IMG/VR virus record: IMGVR_UViG_3300010354_000001
Coordinates: 1 to 64,000 of that record
DNA from: a virus
Strand: one strand, 5' to 3'
Length of the DNA stretch: 64,000 nt
Shown piece after piece: positions 9,143-18,790 of the stretch. Both the position numbers and the translations under genes were made by a program. The notes beneath the pieces were generated by a model. The model ran no database searches. It saw only the letters and a program-made list of their open reading frames with translations, and had not been told where the DNA came from. Within the stretch, counting starts at the first letter, position 1, and each line of letters begins with the position of its first letter.

Positions 9143-10369
9143 TTAAACTGACCATCCTCTTAAGTTTCTTAAGTAAACCCTATCCGCAGCATTAGGTAAA
9201 GTAGCAGCTAATCTTATTGATGATAAATTTAGTGAATCAACTTCAGTGCAAGATGTTCTTTCATACACTAATTCCAAGAATCCGTCTGGTAGTGGGGTAG
9301 AGCTTATCTGTGTCATGTTTAAATAGTTATTGCTAGTAGCAGATTCTACGGCTACAGTAAAAGTTCCACTACCTACTACTTTAGCTTCTAGTTTAACTCT
9401 ATAAGTAAAACTGTCAGGTACGTAGAATCTTAGGCTATATCTGTTCCCAGTAAGTGCGATAGTCCCCATCTCTAATCTAGTATTAGGGAACAATACAGGG
9501 GATCTCTTAGATGTCCCTTTAAGGTTAGCCGATACGGAGAAGTTTCCAGTTTTATACCCTTGTAAATTAGTAGCAGTTAAATTATCTAAGACAACAGTAG
9601 AGGCATCTGGTAAAGTAACTGTGTAGTTTATAGATGTCTCAGGATCAGGTAACTCTTCAGTAGCCATGACTAAGATATCTGAGATATTAGTACCTGTAAC
9701 AGTACCTAAGCTTACTGTTCTAGTAGTAGAGGTATAGTTTGCAGCGTGCAGTTTAAATTGTAGATCTTTGTTTTGCTCTACAGACCATGCAGATCCGTTA
9801 GAAGATGTTAGTAAAACTCCAGCGTTAGGCTGACTTGCTATAAGCTCGCCAGAAACAGAATCAGGCTTACCTAACTCAGCAACCCCGATAGTATAGTTTA
9901 TATTTCTTGTCAATACTACGAAACAATATTCTTTTCCTGCAAGTAAAGGAGTAACTGGAGATAAAGTAAATTTAGTAAAAGTTCCAAAAGCTTGTATGTT
10001 GGCAGCTAGTACCCTAGACTCTGCTAGTACTTTATCACTAGGAAGACTTCCAGCATTGACTTCTCTTACCTGAACAATAACGTCATCTGTCCCAGAGAAT
10101 TTGTTAATGTTTAAGCTTATAGCAGTTAAATCTCTGTTTTCATTTAAGGTGAAAGTTTGTGCTATAGGGGCAAACAGATCAGTTCCAGCAGTAGCGTAGA
10201 TAGATCTTATTTCGGCAGGGGTGAGGTTAGGTTTGTTTATATACTTAGCTGTATGTATTTTACCATTACCCAACTCTATAACAACATCGTGTATACCAGA
10301 AGCTAAAGTGCCGTCTGGTATGTTTATAGTGAAGTTTATGTCTCCGTTTACGTCTGAAACTATTGCCAT
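9143..10369 (-). CDS. Virion structural protein (resembles C-terminal part of DUF4815 proteins)
   Basis: PIAQTFTL..VQVRE..LPSDKVLAE..GVLLTSSNGSAWS..DLQFKL motifs. Confidence 0.7.
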   Translation of the reverse strand: MAIVSDVNGDINFTINIPDGTLASGIHDVVIELGNGKIHTAKYINKPNLTPAEIRSIYATAGTDLFAPIAQTFTLNENRDLTAISLNINKFSGTDDVIVQVREVNAGSLPSDKVLAESRVLAANIQAFGTFTKFTLSPVTPLLAGKEYCFVVLTRNINYTIGVAELGKPDSVSGELIASQPNAGVLLTSSNGSAWSVEQNKDLQFKLHAANYTSTTRTVSLGTVTGTNISDILVMATEELPDPETSINYTVTLPDASTVVLDNLTATNLQGYKTGNFSVSANLKGTSKRSPVLFPNTRLEMGTIALTGNRYSLRFYVPDSFTYRVKLEAKVVGSGTFTVAVESATSNNYLNMTQISSTPLPDGFLELVYERTSCTEVDSLNLSSIRLAATLPNAADRVYLRNLRGWSV

Positions 10370-10378
10370 CTTGAATTA

Positions 10379-12691
10379 TTATCCTTTTTTCTTGGTTAGG
10401 TTAACTACTGGAGCTCCGCCACTGTCTGCAACAGCTAGAGCATTGCCTACTTTAACTTTGGTTACAGGTACGCCAGCAGCGTCTGCTTTAGCGAATGTTG
10501 TGAGTAGGTTTAGTTGCCCTTTTTGAGTTAGCTCTGTTTTACCTTTAGCTGCTAATAGTGCTGCTAGAGTTTGTGCGTAGTTTAACCCAGTAGCAGCAGG
10601 CTTAGGTATCCCTGTACCAGGGTCTATAGGAGGAGTGTCAGGAGAAGGTATCCAAGCCCCAGGGTCGGGGTTAGTAGTACCTACCATTAGGGCATCTATG
10701 TAATCTTTAATTTCTTGAGATAACTTAACATCTATAACCGCAGGCTGAGGAGGAGTGTACGTAGCAAATGGGTTAACTTTCATAGCAGCAGAGTATTTAC
10801 TCTGGACTACTATTTCTTCTTCAGTGAAAGCTAAAGTCTGAGCAACCAAGTTATTTGCATTATCTAAAGTATCTTTAGTTAAAGTCATAGGCAAGAAAAC
10901 TAAGCCATTAAAAGTGCTTAAAGTATTACTCTTACCTGGGTCTTGTTTATCAGTGTCGAAAAACTTATCCGTAAATATTCCTTTAGGAGGAGTGGTAGAA
11001 AGTCTAGCACTAGTTTTGATAGAGTCTACTTGCAAAGCTAAGTCAGCAACTACCTCATTGAGATACGCTATGCTTCCTTTAAGTTTAGTTTGCTCTTTTT
11101 GGTTTACTCGTATGTTGCCTACACGTCTTACTACTGGGGGATTAAAGAAATCTAAGTAAACAGCAGCTAAACCTAAAGCATCAGAAGACTCAGTAGGCTC
11201 ATTAGGATTAAGGTAATCAGCTCTTCCCTTAACTCTGCGAATAACTCCTTTTTCAGTTATTTCTAAAAGGTCTACTCTTTTTAGATTATATGTATAATTT
11301 ACGTTACACACTGTACCGTTTTCTATAGTTCCGTCAGCTCCTTGATCAGAGATAGTGAATGTGTCAAACCCTATAGAACCTGCATCAGGCAGTATAGATT
11401 TATTGTAGGTGTAGACTACATCGTAAGTAGCTCCAGCTACAGGCTCAGCCCCACCCAAAGCCCAGCTCACAGTACTTCCGACTAGGCTATAATCTACGCC
11501 TTGCGTGTAGCCAGCGATACTTATAATTTGAACAGCAGGGATAAATCCAGAAGGTAAGTTATCTGCCCCATTAGCAGTAATACCTCTAGTTAGGGTTTTA
11601 GTTACTCTTAATTGAGTAGCAACCCCAGAAACAGTATTGATAGGGCCTCTATCAACTGTAATAATCGCACCAGTAAAAGTAAACTCTACAGTATAGGTAG
11701 ATCCTGTAGCAGGTTCAGCTCCACCTGGAGCCCAAGAAATATTATTTCCTGATAGGGTATAGTCTGTAGTCACCGTGTAAGTGGTAGCTCCCTGCTTAAC
11801 AGATACTATAGATAAAACATTTGGCCTAGGTAAAGCATCCGTTCCGTTAGCAGCACCTTTAGTAATAGTCGCTGTAAATGTTCTAGCCCCAGTACTGATA
11901 GTATCTGGATCTGAAGTAATAGCTTGAGTATCAGGATCTTTAGCAAATTCAATCCTTTGGGAAGTAGATCTAGATATTTGACGACCTAGAACTGCAACTA
12001 ACCCAGGCTCGACACTATATACATACTCATTATCTTCAGTGTCATCATAGTCGAAACTAATACCGACACCATCTATGACATAAGAACCATTAACATTATT
12101 ATTATAGTTAACTACTAAATTCTCTACTTCCGCAAGTACTGGAACAGTGCCTACTATAATTAAAACTCCGTTATCAACATCTACTGAAGGGTAGAATATA
12201 CCGCCTGCTTGAGAACGTGTGCCAGCAGCAGTTACATAACCCCAATTAACAGATTCTTTAAGTCTGTGGGAAGTTTCTAAACCAGAAGATGCGTAAGTTA
12301 CCCCAGGAGCTATGCTACCTGAAGGATCTAACAGATCTGTATCCTCTGCAGACGTTATAATTTCTTGAGTTAAAAACACACCAAGCTTAAGTTTTACGTT
12401 TGTAGGAATAGTAAATGTTTGTTGATCGTAGTGCCTAATATCTTTATTTACGTAAACCGCTCCAGCAGGAATTATTACTTCTCCGCCAGCTTTAACTACA
12501 GGAGATCCACCAGAAACTATATCCCCCTCTTTTAAAAGAATATCTGCTAACTTTTGGCGTTTATAGTCAATAGTATCTTGAAGCTCATTAGCCTCGGCAG
12601 CAGTTAATAACTTTTTAGGGTAGTGTAAGTGTTTAGTATAATCCTTATCAGGGTCGAATAAGTTTTGATAGTTTTGCGGGAAGTTTACCAT
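10379..12691 (-). CDS. DUF4815-like virion/baseplate-associated protein (N-terminal part)
   Basis: YQNLFDPDKDY..LTAAEANELQ, duplicated QG.DY.L.G..SW..GGAEP..G.TY.V domains, KGIFTDKFFD. Confidence 0.75.
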   Translation of the reverse strand: MVNFPQNYQNLFDPDKDYTKHLHYPKKLLTAAEANELQDTIDYKRQKLADILLKEGDIVSGGSPVVKAGGEVIIPAGAVYVNKDIRHYDQQTFTIPTNVKLKLGVFLTQEIITSAEDTDLLDPSGSIAPGVTYASSGLETSHRLKESVNWGYVTAAGTRSQAGGIFYPSVDVDNGVLIIVGTVPVLAEVENLVVNYNNNVNGSYVIDGVGISFDYDDTEDNEYVYSVEPGLVAVLGRQISRSTSQRIEFAKDPDTQAITSDPDTISTGARTFTATITKGAANGTDALPRPNVLSIVSVKQGATTYTVTTDYTLSGNNISWAPGGAEPATGSTYTVEFTFTGAIITVDRGPINTVSGVATQLRVTKTLTRGITANGADNLPSGFIPAVQIISIAGYTQGVDYSLVGSTVSWALGGAEPVAGATYDVVYTYNKSILPDAGSIGFDTFTISDQGADGTIENGTVCNVNYTYNLKRVDLLEITEKGVIRRVKGRADYLNPNEPTESSDALGLAAVYLDFFNPPVVRRVGNIRVNQKEQTKLKGSIAYLNEVVADLALQVDSIKTSARLSTTPPKGIFTDKFFDTDKQDPGKSNTLSTFNGLVFLPMTLTKDTLDNANNLVAQTLAFTEEEIVVQSKYSAAMKVNPFATYTPPQPAVIDVKLSQEIKDYIDALMVGTTNPDPGAWIPSPDTPPIDPGTGIPKPAATGLNYAQTLAALLAAKGKTELTQKGQLNLLTTFAKADAAGVPVTKVKVGNALAVADSGGAPVVNLTKKKG

Positions 12692-12696
12692 TTGGT

Positions 12697-12814
12697 CGGA
12701 TTTATCCTTCTAGTTTTTGGCTAGAGTGAAATTATCGGCTTCGCCGAGTCTGCTTTTACTCTCGTATGAGTAAGTAGTCTTATTAACTCTCCACCTACGC
12801 CCATCCTAGGCGTA
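12697..12814 (-). ncRNA. Stand-alone TnpB omegaRNA-like scaffold, copy A (guide would be about 12696-12677)
   Basis: 82/84 identical to 61349-61432; aligns with the tnpB 3' scaffold with compensatory changes; ends GGATAAATCCG. Confidence 0.75.
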
Positions 12815-12824
12815 AAATTTCTTA

Positions 12825-12863
12825 CAGGTGCTTGGTTATCGCACCTGATTCAATTATACTACG
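12825..12863 (-). promoter_or_regulatory. -10 promoter (CGTAGTATAAT) plus leader hairpin upstream of omegaRNA copy A
   Basis: TATAAT at 12858-12853, then hairpin CAGGTGC-9 nt-GCACCTG (12847-12825); the same GTAGTATAAT motif occurs near 4812-4821 and 13873-13882. Confidence 0.65.
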
Positions 12864-12894
12864 TTCTTAACGTGTGCTAATGGGAGGTGGGGAA

Positions 12895-13827
12895 CTATCT
12901 AGTTAGCTGAATCAGGAATGTATCTGTATAAAATGCCCCTGCTAATTTGTTTATCGTAGGTGCAGTCTTAGCTAAATACAGTGTACCTATATTTGTTATA
13001 TCGGCAGGTAGCAAAAGCTCTGAGGCTATCTTTTCATAAGTAACAGAGACTACTTGACCGCCAGTAATAGCCCCAGTAGGCAATCTCCAGATTTCTGAAG
13101 TTTCTGCATCTAATATATAATCTGTCCCAGCTACATAAGTAGTTACTAAATCCTGCGATTTAACTACTACGTTATTGGCAGTTTTGTATCCGCCTTGAAT
13201 ATCTGTATCCACTACTATTTTACTAGTAGTGAAAGTTCTAGTAACTGTGTAGGAAGTAAGGTCAGGAACTACAGAGAAGAATAAACCAGACTCTCTAATA
13301 GAAGTGCCAGTTAATTCCCCTTCAGGGAAAGTTACAGTAGCAAGTAAAAACTCAGTAGGGTTTGCAGAGATGGAGTATTTAGTTCCGTTAATTAGGTAAG
13401 AACCGTTAACATTATCAACAACCGCATAAGATAAAGAAGCTCTACGTCTTCCTACTTCAGCTACTAGCTGCGTTTGTCCTGCGGTAACTAAGCCTATCGC
13501 TTTGTACACAACTGTCACAGTTGCGTTGCTGGCTATAGCCCCACCTGCAAGCCTAGTGCAAATACCAGTTTCAGTATCAAATAAAAAATCTATACCGCTT
13601 ACATATTGGGTGGACAGGGTGTTTAATAAGTACAGCTTAACTTGGTCAGCGTAAGCGTTAGTAGGGATTAGTGTAAACTGATCCCCTACAAAAGTTTTGT
13701 TAACTTGTATCTCAGTATCCCAAGAACTAGAGCCACTGCCGATCGCTAAATAAACACTCGAACCTTTTTCTTTAAGTGCTTGAGCTTGGATTATTTTGGC
13801 GGAGTTAACTATTCTTTGATTGGGCAT
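12895..13827 (-). CDS. Baseplate/tail-fibre attachment protein
   Basis: YLAIGSG..W, LVAEVGRR, IRESGLF motifs typical of fibre-collar N-terminal domains; follows GpI. Confidence 0.7.
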   Translation of the reverse strand: MPNQRIVNSAKIIQAQALKEKGSSVYLAIGSGSSSWDTEIQVNKTFVGDQFTLIPTNAYADQVKLYLLNTLSTQYVSGIDFLFDTETGICTRLAGGAIASNATVTVVYKAIGLVTAGQTQLVAEVGRRRASLSYAVVDNVNGSYLINGTKYSISANPTEFLLATVTFPEGELTGTSIRESGLFFSVVPDLTSYTVTRTFTTSKIVVDTDIQGGYKTANNVVVKSQDLVTTYVAGTDYILDAETSEIWRLPTGAITGGQVVSVTYEKIASELLLPADITNIGTLYLAKTAPTINKLAGAFYTDTFLIQLTR

Positions 13828-13878
13828 AAAAAACGTGAAAAGTCAAGGGGTGTAACCCGAACTTGTAATCCAATTATA

Positions 13879-14724
13879 CTACGGTGTGACTAGCTCAGAC
13901 TTAGATACAAAAGACTCTTGAAGAGCACTAACATTAACTACTCTAGAGAAATTAATAATGTCGCTCACTGTTATGGCAGGTCTAGGAACGTAGGTACTTA
14001 TGCCTATACCTATACCAGAAGAAACTTCCCCTATAGTTCTTCTCAGCTCATTAAACATTAATAGCTCGTCATCAAAACCTACTTCCTTAGCCACACCTAT
14101 GCCAGAAGACGATTGGACTGTTGCGTATATATCATTCGTAAATAGTGTAGAGCTACCATAGTTTAAGAATAGCCATAGCTTAAATTCCTCATCCCAAATA
14201 CCGCCAGGAACATCTAGTATAGATCCGTTAAGTTCTGAGTTAATGTTTAAGCCCATAGCAGGGATATCACTACCAGACCACACCCTAGACAGGGTGGCCC
14301 TAGCAGGTAAGCTAGCTCTGGTTAACTCTATTATGTTTCTTAACTCTTCCCTATCCTCTACTGGAGTCTGTAGATAAACTTCTACGTTAGTCCAGTGCCA
14401 AGATTCGCTGTTTTCTATTAACAGATCATTTCTAAACAGCCAAGTCATAGCTATATCGAAAGCTAATGGAGTACCTCTAGATTGGCTCCACTTTTGGCCG
14501 TCCACGATAACTTGTCTAGGATCTTGTATGTATTTGGTTAATTCTCCTAAGCCTAAATCTTCTATTACGGCTGTAAGTAAATTTACTGGAATATCCCCAT
14601 AACGAAAACCCCTAAGAGTTCTAACATAATCTATGTTAGCTCTTAAATAATCATAGATAGTATTAGCTAGATCTATTTCTAACTGTGTTGAGTTTGGGGG
14701 TACTATTACAGTTCTTTCGCTCAT
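13879..14724 (-). CDS. Tail protein I (P2 GpI-like)
   Basis: PPNSTQLEIDL start, RGTPLA, SLPARATLSRV; follows baseplate J. Confidence 0.82.
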   Translation of the reverse strand: MSERTVIVPPNSTQLEIDLANTIYDYLRANIDYVRTLRGFRYGDIPVNLLTAVIEDLGLGELTKYIQDPRQVIVDGQKWSQSRGTPLAFDIAMTWLFRNDLLIENSESWHWTNVEVYLQTPVEDREELRNIIELTRASLPARATLSRVWSGSDIPAMGLNINSELNGSILDVPGGIWDEEFKLWLFLNYGSSTLFTNDIYATVQSSSGIGVAKEVGFDDELLMFNELRRTIGEVSSGIGIGISTYVPRPAITVSDIINFSRVVNVSALQESFVSKSELVTP

Positions 14725-14727
14725 TCG

Positions 14728-15591
14728 TTAATATCCGCTTGTTGGTGCTAGTGTTAAGTTAATAGTTCCTAATTTAGCAAAGCCTGTCTGTCCTACTATA
14801 ACGTCACTAGTAGGTGCTACTAGCTGCACTTTGTAAACAGAAGAAGTGCTTAATGTTTTGATTAACCACGATAGAGTTATGTCTCTGCCAATATCATTAA
14901 TAGCATTAAACGCAGCAGTTAATATACCTGGTAAATCATCAAAAGCTGTAGTAGATGCCCCAGTCAGTAAAGTTATCGTAGCTGTCACATTCACTGTTGA
15001 AGCTGTAGCTCCTACTACTTCGATTACATCATTTATAGCTCTTATCTCTCTACTATTAAGATATGCACTTAAAGAATTTTTTAGTCCAGTAGTGGCTATT
15101 CCGTTATTATCTTTTGTGACGATAGACATGGTAAGTAAGTTAGAATTAGCATTTAGTTTTTCTATTTTTGCAGACCTTATGTTGGAGTTAAACTGCGTAG
15201 CAAAGTATTCATACTCTTCTGCTGTAGCAGCATTGTTAGGTGGCGCGTTTTTAATTCTTAAACGGTAATCGGCATCAGATTCATAAATAGCAGCAGTAGG
15301 AGGATTGTTGTTAGGATCTGCCTCCTGTAAAAGTAATCTAGTAACTTGTTTATTAGCTCCTATCAAATCTAACCACTGCCCACTTGCAGTATCTACAAAG
15401 TTCTCTAACATCCCTAAATTAATTAAAGATTTTAAGTCAGTGCCTAGACCAGCACAAATCGCAAGCATGTGCATTAAAGGGTCAGCATCAGTGAAGTTAG
15501 TATAGTTACTACTCTTCTCTTTAAAGTTTTCTACAAGTTGAGTATACTCAGTGGTAAAATCTACATTCTCGATTAGTATTGGATCAGCCAT
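14728..15591 (-). CDS. Baseplate J-like wedge protein
   Basis: ADPLMHML, ASGQWLDLIGAN..VTRL, ESDADYRLRI. Confidence 0.93.
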   Translation of the reverse strand: MADPILIENVDFTTEYTQLVENFKEKSSNYTNFTDADPLMHMLAICAGLGTDLKSLINLGMLENFVDTASGQWLDLIGANKQVTRLLLQEADPNNNPPTAAIYESDADYRLRIKNAPPNNAATAEEYEYFATQFNSNIRSAKIEKLNANSNLLTMSIVTKDNNGIATTGLKNSLSAYLNSREIRAINDVIEVVGATASTVNVTATITLLTGASTTAFDDLPGILTAAFNAINDIGRDITLSWLIKTLSTSSVYKVQLVAPTSDVIVGQTGFAKLGTINLTLAPTSGY

Positions 15592-15955
15592 TTCTTAATT
15601 TAACTCCTGATAATGTAACAAACCTATTCTCAGGCACGAAAAATAGATTAATAGTAATATTCATAGTTCCGTTTACAGCTTCAGATAGATCCACGGATAC
15701 AGACTCTACTAAAAAATCATATAAATTTTTTTCTATGTCTATAGCTATCTGGCTAGATACTAAAAGTTGTGTGGTATTGTTTATGGGAAGGTCTAAAAGG
15801 TTAGGTAAATTACTTCCCCACGATCTGTTATAGACTCTACTTCCTAGAGGGGTGGATAATAAAGTATATATGTTCTGCAAACCAGTAACTAATTCAGCAC
15901 TGATAGCACCATCTTCTTGAATTATCTCTCCTGTGTTTCTATTTATTGCAGTCAT
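15584..15955 (-). CDS. Baseplate wedge W / gp25-like protein
   Basis: LLSTPLGSRVYNRSWGSNLPNLLDLP. Confidence 0.93.
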   Translation of the reverse strand: MTAINRNTGEIIQEDGAISAELVTGLQNIYTLLSTPLGSRVYNRSWGSNLPNLLDLPINNTTQLLVSSQIAIDIEKNLYDFLVESVSVDLSEAVNGTMNITINLFFVPENRFVTLSGVKLRNG

Positions 15956-16555
15956 CTAAGGAACCATTAAAGACACACCATTAACTGACAGCCCAGCAGA
16001 GCTTACAGTAACAGTAGTACCGCCTGCAATAATTGTTGCATTAGAAGCACCTAACTCTACAGATGTATTACCCAAAGCTAATTTTCCAGAGTTTTCTTTA
16101 AGGGATAGGCTAGCTCCTCCAGCAATACTAGCTTTAAACTCTTTGTTTTGCAGGTCGTAGAATAGGTTAAAGCCATTATCAGAAAATACATGCCAGTCTT
16201 TCTTACCTGTAGGATCTACAGATCCATTCATAATATAAGGTAGAGCAAACCCCGTACTTAAAGTAGATCCTACACACAGAAATAGCATAGTATCCCCCAC
16301 TTTAGGTTTTTTATAGTCTGTTACTTTAGCAGATCCAGTCATCAAAACTGGAATCATGCCAGTAACATTCCCATCAGCTAAACCATTTTCTAATTCTAAG
16401 TTAACTCTTTTACCGTTAGTAGATAAATCTCTTACTTTACCTATCCTTACAATATTGCTAAGTGTGTTAGCAACCTCAGAATTTACCATGCTTTGACTGA
16501 ATAATCTGTCTTCGGTAGTATCTTGGTCAAGCACCATAGCAGTCTCCTTGAACAT
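15956..16555 (-). CDS. Baseplate spike protein V
   Basis: NIVRIGKV, PKVGDTML, C-terminal beta-helix-like repeats. Confidence 0.85.
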   Translation of the reverse strand: MFKETAMVLDQDTTEDRLFSQSMVNSEVANTLSNIVRIGKVRDLSTNGKRVNLELENGLADGNVTGMIPVLMTGSAKVTDYKKPKVGDTMLFLCVGSTLSTGFALPYIMNGSVDPTGKKDWHVFSDNGFNLFYDLQNKEFKASIAGGASLSLKENSGKLALGNTSVELGASNATIIAGGTTVTVSSAGLSVNGVSLMVP

Positions 16556-17351
16556 TGATATAATCTGTTTTATCTAAACCAACATCATTAAAGTCTGGAT
16601 AAGTAGCCTGTGTATTAGTAAAGATATTTTGGATAGGATAGTTATTGCTAGGTAAGACTATATTAATATCTGATTTAATTATCGAAGGCATCTGCCAGTT
16701 TACCTGCCCCCACAATACTTTATCGGTGAAGTCTAAGTGGAAAGTACCAGTACAGTATATCTTAGCTGGACGAGGCATAGAGGTTATAAAGTAACCTATT
16801 AAGCAGTTATATAGTTGGTGGTAACATCTCTCACGAAGATCCATAACACTTCTACCGCCTATCTTAGATAGATAACTAACCGATAAGGTAGCGTTAGCTG
16901 CTATGCCAGAGCCAGCAAATACTTCTATAGTATTAGTTAATGGATTAAAAAAATAGTGTTTTTTATTTACGTAAGTAACCGTGTTGCTTGCATTTTTAAC
17001 TACTACCGTAGATAGAAATTCTTGATAATTATTGCTTAGAGTGAAGGAGGAATTACTTAAAGTGATAGCTCTGTTAGTTACTTGAGATTCAGTAGTTTTA
17101 TTTCTAGCTATAAACTCTACAGCTACTATAGTAGCAAAGTTATAGTTAACTACCTGCTCAGTTGCATTACCTTGTAAAGGTATGAAATCTCTCGGAGCTT
17201 CTGCGATAACACATAGAGGGTAAGATATCCCTGCGGTCATTTCTCCATCATTACCTCTGAGAGCCGCAAATTCTACTACTTCTAAAACATTATTGTTAAA
17301 GATAGGACACTGCGTGCGGATTCTAGTTATAAGCTCAGACCAAATACTCAT
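16527..17351 (-). CDS. Tail terminator/completion protein with inserted beta domain
   Basis: LITRIRTQCP.F..V start; located after the neck genes. Confidence 0.65.
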   Translation of the reverse strand: MSIWSELITRIRTQCPIFNNNVLEVVEFAALRGNDGEMTAGISYPLCVIAEAPRDFIPLQGNATEQVVNYNFATIVAVEFIARNKTTESQVTNRAITLSNSSFTLSNNYQEFLSTVVVKNASNTVTYVNKKHYFFNPLTNTIEVFAGSGIAANATLSVSYLSKIGGRSVMDLRERCYHQLYNCLIGYFITSMPRPAKIYCTGTFHLDFTDKVLWGQVNWQMPSIIKSDINIVLPSNNYPIQNIFTNTQATYPDFNDVGLDKTDYINVQGDCYGA

Positions 17352-17770
17352 GTCACCACCCTAGATAATACTGAATTAATCTGTGTTTTAAAATAATGCT
17401 CAGCAACATTTTTTATATTTCTGTAGATAGGCCTGTTCAACTCTTCATCTAGAAATTGAGCATAAAAAGCTTCTGGGCTAGTAGATATTTTACCAGTTAT
17501 TTCGTAAGGCGTAGGAGTTAAGCTAGTAGATAACCCATTTATTAAAGTACCTGAAAGCACCGCAGGGCTTTCCCCTGGAGCTGAAGCTATATGGTCTGCT
17601 CCAAATATTCTATACACATTACCAGTTTTAGGTTTACGCATGTCTTCTCTAGCAAGTTTACGTGCATGTTCCGTAGACACGGCTACTGCTTTTAAAATGT
17701 CTTCATAAAGCCTTTCGCCAGCTTCTTCTGTGAAAGAGGAGTTATTTATATGTACTTGAAGATCAATCAT
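17348..17770 (-). CDS. Neck/tail completion protein (HK97 gp10-like)
   Basis: KTGNVY..HIASAPGESPAVLSGTLING, YAQFL..RP. Confidence 0.8.
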   Translation of the reverse strand: MIDLQVHINNSSFTEEAGERLYEDILKAVAVSTEHARKLAREDMRKPKTGNVYRIFGADHIASAPGESPAVLSGTLINGLSTSLTPTPYEITGKISTSPEAFYAQFLDEELNRPIYRNIKNVAEHYFKTQINSVLSRVVT

Positions 17771-18224
17771 TGAAGAACCCAGGGTTATCTGGAATATTTA
17801 CAGAGTCTATTTTTTCAACCTCAGATATATCTATATCTGTAGTATCATTAACCTCAATTGTAGCTAGGACTTGAAACCCACGCTCTTTAGCAGATCTGTT
17901 ATCCATCACTTGGTGAATCATATACATCTTGTCTCTATAAATGACGTAGTCTGATTTCTCCATAATTTCTACATCAGGAGCTTTACGAATACTAAAATTA
18001 ATCTGCAATTCTTTAAGGAAAGGTTCAGCAGTTCCAGTAGTGGCTATCTCTGCTATTTCTGTCTTTGCGTAGCATTTCCTTATTACTTGAAAAGTACGAT
18101 TAAATTCAGTATTAGATCCAGTTGTCTTCGGAGTTAGTTTAGCCCTAACTATAGTGATAGGATTAGTCAGCTCAGAAACTTTTGGAACTTTAGTAAAGAG
18201 CCAACGCTCTCCAAAGGATGTCAT
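17763..18224 (-). CDS. Head-closure (head-tail joining) protein
   Basis: SELTNPITI start, FSIR, DYVIYRDKMYMI; synteny. Confidence 0.7.
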   Translation of the reverse strand: MTSFGERWLFTKVPKVSELTNPITIVRAKLTPKTTGSNTEFNRTFQVIRKCYAKTEIAEIATTGTAEPFLKELQINFSIRKAPDVEIMEKSDYVIYRDKMYMIHQVMDNRSAKERGFQVLATIEVNDTTDIDISEVEKIDSVNIPDNPGFFND

Positions 18225-18790
18225 CCGTAATACCTATAATTCGCAGACGGTCTATACAGCTTAGTAGGTATAGGGATATCCGCTTTGTCGTACATATGTA
18301 CGGCTAAAGATTTTATGTTATTCTGCACTATAGATGGGATATTTTCGGTAGTCCAGCCTATGTTGCAATAAATTTCTAAATATTCTCTGCCGTTAAGCTT
18401 GTATCTGTTATTGTTTTGCAGTTTAACAATATTAGAGACAATGTCAAAAGTATAGTCTGTAGTTACTTGCAAAGTATCGTAAGTACCATCGCTTTTAATA
18501 GCTCTGATCTCACTGACAGTATTAACAGGGATAGACTGGAAACTAAACCCTTTATTTAGTTCTAATTTATCTGGATCTTCGTTAATATATCCTTGAGTAG
18601 CTAGCCTAACTCTTTTAACAGCAGTGCATTTAGTAATAGGGAACTTAAGATACTTTTCTAATTCAGATATACAAGAAGCTTCTAAGTCAGCTAGCATCTC
18701 ATCGTGTTCGCCCCAATCTATACGCAAAACAGATTTTAACTCGCTTAAGTCGAGTAGGCTAGTTACTTCTCTAGTTAGGACTTTGAACAT
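18221..18790 (-). CDS. Head-tail connector (gp6-like)
   Basis: LSELKSVLRID..EHDEML, IPSIVQNNIKSLAVHMYD. Confidence 0.82.
   Translation of the reverse strand: MFKVLTREVTSLLDLSELKSVLRIDWGEHDEMLADLEASCISELEKYLKFPITKCTAVKRVRLATQGYINEDPDKLELNKGFSFQSIPVNTVSEIRAIKSDGTYDTLQVTTDYTFDIVSNIVKLQNNNRYKLNGREYLEIYCNIGWTTENIPSIVQNNIKSLAVHMYDKADIPIPTKLYRPSANYRYYG

Noticed and set aside
12731-12814. 84-bp duplication as an assembly artefact or DGR template/variable repeat
   Set aside because: The two mismatches are not adenine-specific on one strand, no reverse transcriptase is present, and the divergent 3' flanks keep the same hairpin-plus-TCCG structure.
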